Under the pieces are notes generated by a model that saw only the letters and a list, made by a program, of their open reading frames with translations, searched no databases and was not told the origin of the DNA. 64,000 nucleotides of DNA. Origin: Rhodospirillaceae bacterium. GTDB lineage: Bacteria > Pseudomonadota > Alphaproteobacteria > Rhodospirillales > Rhodospirillaceae. Made by a program: the position numbers and the translations under genes. The stretch spans positions 102,841 to 166,840 of the forward strand of contig JAVJSV010000007.1 of NCBI GenBank assembly GCA_040219235.1, read 5' to 3'. Of the stretch, positions 35,658 to 44,674 are shown one piece after another. Every line of letters begins with the position of its first letter. Within the stretch, counting starts at the first letter, position 1.

Positions 35658-37178
35658 TCAGTCGCTGGCGCCCCACTTGGCCAACGGGAACGTGCTCATC
35701 GGAATGGTTGTAGTTTTCTCTTCGGTAAAGAACTGCAGGCAGTCTTTGGCGCTATCACGCCCGATGCCTGATTTTTTATAGCCGCCAAAAGGCGCGCGCA
35801 GTTCACGTGTCATGGGTGTGTTTACCCAGATTGTTCCAGCGCGCAATTCTTGCGACGCTTTCATGACCGTGGGCAGGTGGTCGGACCAAATGTAGCCCAC
35901 CAGTCCAAATTCAGAGTCATTTGCAATGGCCAGGGCTTCGTCGATATCGTCGTACTTCAGGAAGGTGGCAAAGGGCCCAAAGATTTCTTCCTGGCAGACT
36001 TGTGCCTCATTCGACTTTGCCATCACGGCTGTGGGTTCAAGATAAAGCCCGGTCTCAAAACGGCTGTCTCTGTTGCCACCGGTAAGAAGCTCACCTCCGT
36101 CTTTTTTGGCGATGTCGACAAAACTTAAAACGCGCTCCATATGGGCGCGGTAACACACCGGGCCGATCTCTGTGGTCGCGTCCATGGGGTCGCCGACCTT
36201 AATTTTTTTGGTCCGCGCGATGAATTTCTCAATGAATTCATCGGCGATAGAATTTTCAACAAGAATACGAGATCCCGCCAGGCACTGTTGCCCATTGTTG
36301 GAGTAAATGCCGAGGATTGCACCATCAAGCGCCCGCTCCAGATCAGCCGAGGCCGTAATGATATTGGCCGACTTGCCCCCCAGTTCCAGTCCCACGGGCT
36401 TGAGGCCCTGGCCCGCACGAGACGCAATCATCGCCCCGGTTTGAGTGCCGCCGGTGAAGGAGACAACGTCGACTTCGGGGTGCGAGACCAAGGCGTCACC
36501 CGTGATATGACCCCGGCCGTTGACCAAGTTGACAACGCCCTTTGGAATATCTGTCTCGTGAATCAGTTCGACCACGCGCAGCAAAGACAGCGGCGTAAAC
36601 TCGCTAGGTTTGAGAACACAGGTATTTCCAAAGGCGATGCAGGAGGCGATCTTCATCGAACATAATGCGAGGGGAGCGTTCCACGGTCCGATCAAGGCCC
36701 CCACGCCGACAGGCTCACGTGTGACGACGGACAAATAGGGTTTCGTTTGGGTGTAGCATTCGCCCGTCGCCTGACTGGCAACCTCTGCAAAAAACTCGAA
36801 GTTCCAGCCCGCCCGCTTGACGTGCATGCCTTTGACATAATTCATCGTCAGGCCAGCATTGAGCGTTTCCAGATAAGCAAGTTCTTCAGCATGCGCTGTG
36901 ATGATGTCTTTAATCTGCAGCAGGATGACTTTGCGCTCATCCACCGACATGTTGCGCCAGGGTCCGTTCTCAAACGCATTTCGCGCCGTGCGAACAGCGT
37001 GATCGACTTCTTCTACGGAGGCTTCGCGCAGTTGGGAAATCTGCGTTTCCGTGATCGGGCTGATGACAGGAATGTCTTCGCCGCTTGCGGAGGGGCGGAC
37101 CGCTTGGCCGCCAATGAAGCTGGTGACGTGCGGGTTGACAGAAAATTTCTTCATCATGTCTTGGGTGACAGCATTCAT
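35658..37178 (-). CDS. NAD(P)+-dependent aldehyde dehydrogenase (hydroxymuconic-semialdehyde-dehydrogenase-like)
   Basis: 506 aa. IGPWNAPL, FTGGTQTGAMI, LELGGKSANII, SNNGQQCLAGSRILV, EEIFGPF. Confidence 0.9.
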   Translation of the reverse strand: MNAVTQDMMKKFSVNPHVTSFIGGQAVRPSASGEDIPVISPITETQISQLREASVEEVDHAVRTARNAFENGPWRNMSVDERKVILLQIKDIITAHAEELAYLETLNAGLTMNYVKGMHVKRAGWNFEFFAEVASQATGECYTQTKPYLSVVTREPVGVGALIGPWNAPLALCSMKIASCIAFGNTCVLKPSEFTPLSLLRVVELIHETDIPKGVVNLVNGRGHITGDALVSHPEVDVVSFTGGTQTGAMIASRAGQGLKPVGLELGGKSANIITASADLERALDGAILGIYSNNGQQCLAGSRILVENSIADEFIEKFIARTKKIKVGDPMDATTEIGPVCYRAHMERVLSFVDIAKKDGGELLTGGNRDSRFETGLYLEPTAVMAKSNEAQVCQEEIFGPFATFLKYDDIDEALAIANDSEFGLVGYIWSDHLPTVMKASQELRAGTIWVNTPMTRELRAPFGGYKKSGIGRDSAKDCLQFFTEEKTTTIPMSTFPLAKWGASD

Positions 37179-37233
37179 GGTGTGCGTCCTTGTCGTGTTT
37201 TTGGTGTCGTCGGTAAAAATTTTACAGGCAGGA

Positions 37234-38034
37234 TCATGGCATGTATCCGCCGCCGTTAATGTGGAGAACCTGGCCTGTCATGAAGCGTGAGGCGTCTCCG
37301 CACAGGAAAAGGATAGGGGCCACAACATCTTCAGTGACGGCCAGTCTGCCCAGAGGTGTTGCGGTGGCATAGCGCTTAGTATCGATGTGAGTGGCATGGT
37401 TTTCATCATCGCCAGTCCGGCTGGTGCCACCGCGCAGGAACGCCGTATCGACAGCGCCAGGGGCAATAACATTCACACGAATGTGCGGCGCTGTTTCATT
37501 GGCCAGGGATTTAGACATGGCGATGACGCCAGCCTTGGCCGCACCATAGGGCGAAGTTCCAGGTAAACCCTTATAAGCCAATCCCGATGCCGCATTGACG
37601 ATGGCACCGCCCCCCGCTTTTTCAAGCAAAGGCAATGCTGCTCGCGCGCATAGAAAAGCGGCGCGCAGGTTCCCGGACACAACGTCATCCCATATTTTTG
37701 AGTCAAGTGAGCTGACGGGCTCAAAGTCATTGGTGAAGCCGCAGAGGTTGACCAAGGCATCGGTGCCGCCCCATTCATTTGCGACTGCGGTGAAAGCCCT
37801 CTTGACCGACTCTTCATTGGTGGCATCAATCTCATGTTGAATACAGCCCTTTGGGGGCGGGTGATTGCCCAGAGAGGTTGGCAAATCCAATACCGCTACC
37901 TTAAGTCCTGTAGACAGCGCCGCCTTCACCAGTGTGCGTCCAATACCGCCGCAGCCGCCAACCACAACAAGCCGCGCCCCTATCGGAGGGCCAAGGCGAG
38001 ACAGATCAAGCGCGGGTATGGTTGCAGCGTTCAC
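37234..38034 (-). CDS. SDR-family oxidoreductase
   Basis: LVVVGGCGGIGRTLV, NLCGF, YGAAKAGVIAMSKSLA (YxxxK), APGAVDT. Confidence 0.85.
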   Translation of the reverse strand: MNAATIPALDLSRLGPPIGARLVVVGGCGGIGRTLVKAALSTGLKVAVLDLPTSLGNHPPPKGCIQHEIDATNEESVKRAFTAVANEWGGTDALVNLCGFTNDFEPVSSLDSKIWDDVVSGNLRAAFLCARAALPLLEKAGGGAIVNAASGLAYKGLPGTSPYGAAKAGVIAMSKSLANETAPHIRVNVIAPGAVDTAFLRGGTSRTGDDENHATHIDTKRYATATPLGRLAVTEDVVAPILFLCGDASRFMTGQVLHINGGGYMP

Positions 38035-38038
38035 TGAA

Positions 38039-38242
38039 TTATCCTGACGTCACCAGCCGCTTGGCAGCAGATTGATTGAATTCGTGGTGACAGGAGGGGC
38101 AGTGCAGGTCGACTTCGGGCCGGTCTAGAAGGCCAGGGCCAACATGGAACCAACTGTCGCACTTGGGGCATTGGGTCCAAGAGGTGTTGCCGGATTTTTC
38201 CCAGGGCGCGCCAAGGCGCACGATCTCGCGATTACTGCTCAT
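38039..38242 (-). CDS. Small Cys4 zinc-ribbon protein, candidate VdcD/BsdD-type decarboxylase small subunit
   Basis: 67 aa with CPKC...(22 aa)...CPSC. Its ATG overlaps the UbiD-family gene stop (ATGA at 38239-38242). Size, Cys4 pattern and position match the D subunit of phenolic-acid decarboxylases. Confidence 0.6.
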   Translation of the reverse strand: MSSNREIVRLGAPWEKSGNTSWTQCPKCDSWFHVGPGLLDRPEVDLHCPSCHHEFNQSAAKRLVTSG

Positions 38243-39786
38243 AGGGTTGGCCAGACTGACATATCAATCCCGGACAAGACTTTTGCCGCATGCTCCATGG
38301 ACTCAGGCGGCACGGTCGAGCGCGGTGGAACAGGGGGGGGTGCACCTGGTCGCCCGGGCAGGGGCATGCTGGCGTCGATGCCCATTTTAGAAAGGGTTTT
38401 AGACCCCGCAGGCGTGGAGGGGTCGAGCAAAGAGCCGGATAAACCATCCACGGTGAAACTGTCGCGGCTCCATTGTACCCGCGTTGCCAGCGCAAACATC
38501 ATTTCAGAATCATCAAAGATATCGATGTCTTGATCGACGGCGATCGCCATCTTGAGGCGGCGGTAAGACAGCGCGGCCATCAGGGCATCACGCACTTCAC
38601 CCGGACCTGGGTTCTCAACTTGGATATAGGCATGAAACCGGCGGCCTTGGGCGGGCACATGCACATTGGTAATACTCGGTGCGACCTGCTTACAAAGTCC
38701 GAAGACTTTGCCTTCCATGGCCATATTGTCGGGCACCAGCATGTCTGTCAGGCCGGAGCCGTAGTCATGATAGATTGCGCCTTTACGCAGGGTGAGGCAG
38801 GTGACGTCCACCACAGGCGCAGCGACTTGAGGGCCGGAGTATCCAGTGTATTCGCCGAACGGGCCATCTGCTTCTAAGACGTCCCGCGGCACAGTGCCTT
38901 CGATAACGATCTCAGCATCAGCCGGGACCATAATCGCATCGCCAAAGGTCCGGCTGGGGACAACGCGCAGAGGTTCGCCGAGCAATCCGCCACAGGCGCC
39001 CCAATGGCTCTCCGGGTAATTCAGTTTGGCTTGCGTGCCCATCAGCACGGCGGGATGGTGACCGATCCAAAACACCACCGGGCAGTCTTCGCCACGCGCC
39101 CAAAACTTCCGCATATTGCGATTGTTATGAGAGGCTGGGTAGGGGAAGTAGGACATCCGCTTTTTCGATTTAATCCAGCAGCGCTGAATGGCAGTGTTGT
39201 CGGTTTTTGTATCCGGGTCGTAGGTCGTGGCATGGGCCGAGGTTAAGTAAGGGCCGGGGTCGGTTTCATGTTGGGTCAAGGCGGGCAAGCGGGTCAGGTC
39301 AATATCATCGCCCTCGATCACGATTTCCTGGACCGGCGCTTCGGCTCCACTGATGACCTTTGGCGCGATCTGGCTCCCCGTCCGTTGGGCATAAATCGGC
39401 GCTGCTTTTTGGTGATCATTGATCCCGAGGGCTTGAGCGACGATGGCGCGGCTGGCCGTCAGATTAGTCACGACTGGCATCTCGCTGGAAGACCCGTCCG
39501 CCATCTTTGGAGCCTTCACCATCACAATGGGCCTGCGCCCGGCTTTTTCCAGAGCGTACTGAAGGGCTGTGATCTCATGAACCACGGACAGTGAGGTTGA
39601 TGGCTCAAACACGGCGGACTTCTGAGAGTCCAAAAATGTGCGAAGGTCTAGTATGGCCAGCTCCCTGTGATTTCTCAAAAGGTATAAAAGTATGCCTTTA
39701 TACTCAAGCGGAATCTTTTGGGGGTGCAAAACCAAAAGAAACCCAGTGAATGAAGCTCTTTCGCCTATTCTAAATCCCCTATACAC
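38239..39786 (-). CDS. UbiD-family (prFMN-dependent) reversible decarboxylase
   Basis: The N-terminal DLRTFL motif and length are typical of UbiD/VdcC/AroY enzymes. The conserved domain starts near 39650. The track start (GTG 39786) adds about 45 aa of AT-rich, unlikely coding sequence; an in-frame TTG at 39678 (MRNHRELAILDLRTFL) is a plausible alternative. Confidence 0.88.
   Translation of the reverse strand: MYRGFRIGERASFTGFLLVLHPQKIPLEYKGILLYLLRNHRELAILDLRTFLDSQKSAVFEPSTSLSVVHEITALQYALEKAGRRPIVMVKAPKMADGSSSEMPVVTNLTASRAIVAQALGINDHQKAAPIYAQRTGSQIAPKVISGAEAPVQEIVIEGDDIDLTRLPALTQHETDPGPYLTSAHATTYDPDTKTDNTAIQRCWIKSKKRMSYFPYPASHNNRNMRKFWARGEDCPVVFWIGHHPAVLMGTQAKLNYPESHWGACGGLLGEPLRVVPSRTFGDAIMVPADAEIVIEGTVPRDVLEADGPFGEYTGYSGPQVAAPVVDVTCLTLRKGAIYHDYGSGLTDMLVPDNMAMEGKVFGLCKQVAPSITNVHVPAQGRRFHAYIQVENPGPGEVRDALMAALSYRRLKMAIAVDQDIDIFDDSEMMFALATRVQWSRDSFTVDGLSGSLLDPSTPAGSKTLSKMGIDASMPLPGRPGAPPPVPPRSTVPPESMEHAAKVLSGIDMSVWPTL
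39682..39703. promoter_or_regulatory. Inverted repeat GTATAAA-N8-TTTATAC in the ubiD-like / ubiX divergent region; candidate GntR(HutC) operator
   Basis: Perfect 7-bp arms. HutC-type GntR operators are typically GT..TA..AC-like palindromes, and the operon encodes such a regulator. Confidence 0.3.
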
Positions 39787-39852
39787 AGAGTTCAGGAATC
39801 CTTTACTCCCGCTGAGTAGGGTGTTTTCACTTATAGGTTTGAGGACGTCGTT

Positions 39853-40470
39853 ATGGGTGAGGCCAAACGCCTAATTGTTGCTATCAGTGGTGCGTCAGGC
39901 ATCGCATATGGCATCCGGTTGCTTGAAGTCTTGCGCGATACGCCGTTTGAATCTCATCTCGTCATGTCTCAGTCTGCCGAAGTGACCCTGGCCTATGAGT
40001 CAAAGCTGAAGGTCGCAGATGTGAAAGCACTGGCAGATGTTGTGTATGCCAATGGCGATATTGGCGCCGCCATTTCCTCAGGCTCGTTTCGCACCGCAGG
40101 GATGGTGATCGCGCCGTGTTCCATTCGATCTGCGTCAGAAATTGCGACGGGTGTGACTTCGACCTTGCTGACCCGTGCGGCTGATGTTGTTCTCAAAGAG
40201 CGGCGGAGATTGGTTCTGCTGGTGCGCGAAAGCCCTCTTCATACAGGGCATTTGCGGACTTTGACTCACTTGTCAGAAATTGGCGCGATCATCGCACCAC
40301 CGGTGCCCGCATTTTACACCAAACCAGAAACAGTAGACGATATGGTTAACCACACCATTGGCCGGGTCTTAGACATGTTTGAGATTGACGCAGGATTGGT
40401 GAAACGCTGGGGCGAGCCGGGAGGGTCCGGCAAACCTGCGAAGCGGCGCGCTAGTAAACAGGGATCATAA
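39853..40470 (+). CDS. ubiX: Flavin prenyltransferase UbiX (prFMN synthase)
   Basis: KRLIVAISGASGIAYGIRLLEVL..., MVIAPCSIRSASEIATGV, LLVRESPLHTGHLRTL. Divergent from the UbiD-family gene. Confidence 0.9.
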   Translation: MGEAKRLIVAISGASGIAYGIRLLEVLRDTPFESHLVMSQSAEVTLAYESKLKVADVKALADVVYANGDIGAAISSGSFRTAGMVIAPCSIRSASEIATGVTSTLLTRAADVVLKERRRLVLLVRESPLHTGHLRTLTHLSEIGAIIAPPVPAFYTKPETVDDMVNHTIGRVLDMFEIDAGLVKRWGEPGGSGKPAKRRASKQGS

Positions 40471-40475
40471 AAGAC

Positions 40476-41036
40476 ATGCCAGAGGTCAGTGGTACCGACA
40501 TTGCGAAGGGCAACCCCTTTTGGGAATTTGCCACCTGGGCGTACAGCCAGCCTGGTGTCGATAAAGCGATGCTGTCCTTGCAAAACCGCATGGGTGTCGA
40601 CATCAACATGGTGTTGTTTTGTGTGTGGTTGGCCTATCGCGGTTCCAACGGCAATGATCTGGCCCAGCATCTGGCATCTGCTTTGAAAATGTCGCGATCC
40701 TGGCAGCGCGACTTGGTTGAGCCCATCAGAACCTGCCGAGAGAACCTCAAAGTGATTATCGAGGGGCCAGACCTTGTGGGTCGTAACCGCGAGGCGGCAA
40801 CTGCGTTGCGCGAGCGCCTCAAGGCCAATGAACTCGACTTGGAAGCCCTTCAAATCCTTGGTTTATTTGGCTTGGTCAGCACCGGTGATGATGACGAAGG
40901 CGCGCCAGTTGATATCGTGACGCAAAAAGAAGACGCCCAGAACAATCTGAACGTCTACTTTGCGGCCACGGGCATCAAGCTAGACCATTTGGCTCAAAGC
41001 CATGTGCTGCGGGTTTTAAACGGCGTCTTTCAGTAA
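40476..41036 (+). CDS. TIGR02444/DUF2390-like conserved hypothetical protein
   Basis: NPFWEFATWAYSQPGVDKAMLSLQNRMGVDINMVLFCVWLAYRG resembles the N-terminal signature of that family (from memory). It starts 5 nt after the ubiX stop. Confidence 0.6.
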   Translation: MPEVSGTDIAKGNPFWEFATWAYSQPGVDKAMLSLQNRMGVDINMVLFCVWLAYRGSNGNDLAQHLASALKMSRSWQRDLVEPIRTCRENLKVIIEGPDLVGRNREAATALRERLKANELDLEALQILGLFGLVSTGDDDEGAPVDIVTQKEDAQNNLNVYFAATGIKLDHLAQSHVLRVLNGVFQ

Positions 41037-41043
41037 AATCCGT

Positions 41044-41829
41044 CTACCAGGGCACGGTCTCGCCGGTGTAGATGATGTATTCGCCAGAGGTCTCTGGGCC
41101 GAGGTTTTCAACGTTTTTTATGACACCGGCGACACTTTGTTCGGTCGTCATGCCCATGTCGCCGTATCCTGCTTGTCGAAGCAGGCGAGTCTGGACAACT
41201 CCAGGTGCCAGAATACCCACCATGATGCCTCGTGGAGCCAATTCAACCGAAAGCGCCCGATAACCCATGTTTATTGCGGTTTTTGACATGCGGTACTGAT
41301 ACAGAGCCTGGAAAAATGCGCCGGGTTGCAGGTTTGTGAGTGAGGCCGTGCCGGAGGTGATGACGGCGATTTTCTTCTGCTCGCTGGCGGCCACATGCTC
41401 CAGAAATGCCTCGGCCATTTTCATCGGGCCGATCGCGTTGGTTTTATAGACCCGCTCCATCGCCTCAAAATCGATATTGCCGATGGTCTGGACTTCGCGG
41501 CCGCCGCCCAGAATTCCGGCGTTATTCATCAGCACATCAATGGCCGTGCCTTTGAGCTTGGCGGCCAGGGCGTCGATTTGGGCGTGATCCGTGACGTCGA
41601 GGGCCTCAACTCTGATATTGGAATGGGCTGCGGCCAGCGCTTGCAGGTCTTCGTCGTCTGCGGGACTGCGGCTGGTGGCGATCACGTCCCAGCCGTTTTC
41701 CGCATATTGCTTGGTGAGTTCGAGGCCGATCCCCCGGTTTGAGCCGGTGATCAGCACGGTTGCCGCTTCGACAGCGATGCTTGAGAACATCGCGACAAAG
41801 CTGGCGATGATGAGGGAATAACGCATCAA
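41044..41829 (-). CDS. C-factor/sniffer-type classical SDR with Sec signal peptide (array copy 1)
   Basis: MMRYSLIIASFVAMFSSIAVEA|ATVLITGSNRGIGLELTKQYAENGWDVIATSRSP...NNAGI...YRMSK...TGETVPW. Confidence 0.85.
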   Translation of the reverse strand: MMRYSLIIASFVAMFSSIAVEAATVLITGSNRGIGLELTKQYAENGWDVIATSRSPADDEDLQALAAAHSNIRVEALDVTDHAQIDALAAKLKGTAIDVLMNNAGILGGGREVQTIGNIDFEAMERVYKTNAIGPMKMAEAFLEHVAASEQKKIAVITSGTASLTNLQPGAFFQALYQYRMSKTAINMGYRALSVELAPRGIMVGILAPGVVQTRLLRQAGYGDMGMTTEQSVAGVIKNVENLGPETSGEYIIYTGETVPW

Positions 41830-41849
41830 AATGCTCCTGAAACGGCGGA

Positions 41850-42641
41850 TTAAAAGGGCTGTGCTGTTCCGTCATAACGGTAGTAAGCCCCGGAATCCGC
41901 GATGGTCAGGCCATCGATCACCGAGATCATACCGCCGATGCTGTCTTCCGGCTCAATCAAGCCTGGAAAGTTGGCATCACCCATTTTTTCTACTTTCACG
42001 GTGCCCGGCGATAACACAGCCACGATCACGCCGTCGGCCTTCAGATCGCTCGCTATATTTTTCATATACATGTTGAGAGCTGTCTTGGACGATTTGTACC
42101 AGTAGCCGCCCGCGATGTTTGGTCCCTGATAGCCGAAGGAACCCGCCAGAGAACTGACGGCCAGGATTTTTTTGTCTTCACTGGCTTTGACGTGCGGCGC
42201 AAAGGCTTCGCTGACTTTAAGCGGGCCGAGCGCGTTGATGCGCATGAAGTTTTCCCACTGGTCATAGGCGAGCGTGCCGAAGGACTGTGGTGCGGGTTGG
42301 CTGAAATCGCCCGTGATCCCGGCGTTGTTAATCAAAACATCGATGGGGGTGTCTTTGAGTTTCCCGGCCAGGGCATCGATCTGGGCGTGATTGGTGACAT
42401 CCATGGTCTCGATCCGCACCAGATCAGGATACTCAGATTTTAGCGTCAAAAGTGATTCTGGGGCTGTGTCGCGGCGATGGGTGGCGACCACATCCCAGCC
42501 CCGGGCGGCGTACTGCTTGGCGAACTCAAGCCCAATGCCTGAATTGGAGCCCGTGATGAGCACGGTCTTGGCGTCAGCTTGAGTGATAGAGGTTGCGGCA
42601 AGGAAAGCTGCCACAGCGGCTGCGAGACGGGAGAGGCGCAT
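41850..42641 (-). CDS. C-factor/sniffer-type classical SDR with Sec signal peptide (array copy 2)
   Basis: MRLSRLAAAVAAFLAATSITQADA|KTVLITGSNSGIGLEFAKQYAARGWDVVATHR...NNAGI...YKSSK...DGTAQPF. Confidence 0.85.
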   Translation of the reverse strand: MRLSRLAAAVAAFLAATSITQADAKTVLITGSNSGIGLEFAKQYAARGWDVVATHRRDTAPESLLTLKSEYPDLVRIETMDVTNHAQIDALAGKLKDTPIDVLINNAGITGDFSQPAPQSFGTLAYDQWENFMRINALGPLKVSEAFAPHVKASEDKKILAVSSLAGSFGYQGPNIAGGYWYKSSKTALNMYMKNIASDLKADGVIVAVLSPGTVKVEKMGDANFPGLIEPEDSIGGMISVIDGLTIADSGAYYRYDGTAQPF

Positions 42642-42777
42642 GGTTTGAAGGTCCCTGATAAAGTGAAGAGTCGTTGGTGGGGATCATAGCGATAGAAATG
42701 CCAAGTCTACGCAGCCCTGCAGCACGTGACCGCAGAGCGGCAGTTTATGAGGGGCGAAAAAAGTGTCCGCCCCCTTG

Positions 42778-42800
42778 CCTTGGAACGAGCCCATGCATGA
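42778..42800 (-). repeat. Solitary inverted copy of the degenerate unit of the 26704 array
   Basis: The reverse complement contains TGCATGGGCTCGTTCCAAGG, identical over 20 nt to 26704-26723. Confidence 0.8.
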
Positions 42801-42991
42801 CCACTTTTTTCTGCATGTTTAGCTTTAGGATAGCACTGTAATTATTTGTTATTAAAGAATAATATGAGATATATTTATCGTTGACATTAAGCTATACGCC
42901 AATGGCGTAGTTGGTGCTTGCGTATGTTCGAACTCGGATGCTCGAAAGTGTAAAGCGCCCTTGTTATAGGTCCCTTGTTATTAGAGGCAGG

Positions 42992-43756
42992 CTACCAGGT
43001 CATTTCTTCGCCGGTGTTGGCGAAGTACTTACCCGACATGCTGAGGTCGTATTTGTCGATCATCGTCATGGATTGGGCGACGCTGGTTTCAACCGATTTC
43101 ATCATTTGCTTGGGCAGACCGGCGGTGAAGTCCGTATCGACAAACCCGGGTGTGAGAATACCGATGATGACGCCGCTCTCCTGCACCTTCGGGTGCTGAT
43201 AGACGTTGAGCATCACCATGTTCAGGGCGGACTTGCTGGCCCGGTAGAAGGCCTGGCGTGAGCCACGCACGGCGGACAACCGGCCTTCTGAGGAGGAAAT
43301 GTTGATAATCTTCTTCTGGTTGCTGGCAGCGACGTGGTCCAGAAACGCTTCCGTAACCTTTAACGGCCCGAGTACGTTGATGTTCATCACATCGTTAAAC
43401 ACCGAATAATCAATGTTGCCGAAGTCCTGAGTATCCCGGCCCCCTGAGATCCCTGCGTTATTGATCAGCACATCAATGGCGGTGCCGCGCAGTTTCTCGG
43501 CCAGGCGGTCAATGCCCGGGTGGTCGGTCACGTCCAGTGTTTCCAGGCGGACATTGGGGTTGGCGGCGGCCAGGGCCTGGAGGTCGGCATCGTCTGCCGG
43601 CGAGCGGGCGGTTGCGATCACATCCCAGCCGCGCTCGGCATAGCGCTTGGCGAATTCAAAGCCGATGCCCCGACTGGCCCCGGTGATCATAACCGTGGCC
43701 GCCTCAGCCGTTGTAAAGGACAGGAGAGCGATGAACAGTGTGGCGGTGCGCAGCAT
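42992..43756 (-). CDS. C-factor/sniffer-type classical SDR with Sec signal peptide (array copy 3)
   Basis: MLRTATLFIALLSFTTAEA|ATVMITGASRGIGFEFAKRYAERGWDVIATARSP...NNAGI...YRASK...TGEEMTW. Confidence 0.85.
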   Translation of the reverse strand: MLRTATLFIALLSFTTAEAATVMITGASRGIGFEFAKRYAERGWDVIATARSPADDADLQALAAANPNVRLETLDVTDHPGIDRLAEKLRGTAIDVLINNAGISGGRDTQDFGNIDYSVFNDVMNINVLGPLKVTEAFLDHVAASNQKKIINISSSEGRLSAVRGSRQAFYRASKSALNMVMLNVYQHPKVQESGVIIGILTPGFVDTDFTAGLPKQMMKSVETSVAQSMTMIDKYDLSMSGKYFANTGEEMTW

Positions 43757-43813
43757 GAGAGACTCCTAGATGTTTTTAATCTGATTTCAGAAACCTAAGC
43801 TACCACGGGCCGA

Positions 43814-44623
43814 TTACCATGGAATTATGGTGCCGTCGTAGTTGAGAAAATCGCCAGACCGCTCCAGGGTTAGGCCAGCCGTTGTGGCGATCATCTGGGA
43901 CACGCTCTGTTCCGTGGTGAGCGGGGTAAAGCCGCCATAATCGTAGTCTTCAGCGGCTTCAGCGGTTTCCTGATCGAGCCCAAAAGCCTCGCGCAACATG
44001 CGGGTGTCCACGGCGCCCGGCATGAAGATGCCAACGGCGATGCCCTGGTCTTTCAGGCGCATGGCGGTGCCGCGCATGGCCATGTTCACGGCGGCCTTAC
44101 TGATGGCGTAATAGGGCGCGCCGGGGCTGCGCGTCACCGAGGCGATGGACCCGGCGGTGCTGGAAATGACGACGATCTTTTTGTCCGTGCTGGCGGCCAC
44201 ATGAGGGGCAAAGGCTTCAGACATCTTGAGCGGGCCAACCACGTTGACGTCCATCACCTGCTGGAACAGGTCCCGGTCCAACTGTCCCCAGGTCTGGCCC
44301 TCGCGGTCGCCGTACATGCCGGCGTTGTTGACCAAAACATCGATGGGTGTGTCTTTGTAAGCCTCGGCCAAAGCTGAAATGCGGTCCTGGTCGGTGACAT
44401 CCAGCTGTTCGATGGTAATTTTCGGATTGGCGGTGGCCAGGGCTTGCAGGTCTTCATCGTTGGCGGGCGAGCGGCTGGTGGCGATGACATCCCAGCCGGC
44501 AGCGGCATATTGGGTGACGAATTCCAGGCCGATGCCCCGGTTTGAACCAGTGATGAGCACGGTTTTGGCAACTGCGGCGTGTGAGCCCAGCAGGGCGACA
44601 ATAATGAGAATAATCCGTATCAT
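43814..44623 (-). CDS. C-factor/sniffer-type classical SDR with Sec signal peptide (array copy 4)
   Basis: MIRIILIIVALLGSHAAVA|KTVLITGSNRGIGLEFVTQYAAAGWDVIATSRSP...NNAGM...YAISK...DGTIIPW. Confidence 0.85.
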   Translation of the reverse strand: MIRIILIIVALLGSHAAVAKTVLITGSNRGIGLEFVTQYAAAGWDVIATSRSPANDEDLQALATANPKITIEQLDVTDQDRISALAEAYKDTPIDVLVNNAGMYGDREGQTWGQLDRDLFQQVMDVNVVGPLKMSEAFAPHVAASTDKKIVVISSTAGSIASVTRSPGAPYYAISKAAVNMAMRGTAMRLKDQGIAVGIFMPGAVDTRMLREAFGLDQETAEAAEDYDYGGFTPLTTEQSVSQMIATTAGLTLERSGDFLNYDGTIIPW

Positions 44624-44674
44624 AGCATAATATCCTTTATTGAGGCTCTATTAACACAAGGCTTACCATGCCCA

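Noticed and set aside
42911-43261. Plus-strand 116-aa ORF spanning the AT-rich gap and the 3' end of SDR copy 3.
   Set aside because: It is mostly antisense to a well-supported SDR gene and has no motif. The remaining part lies in promoter-like AT-rich DNA.
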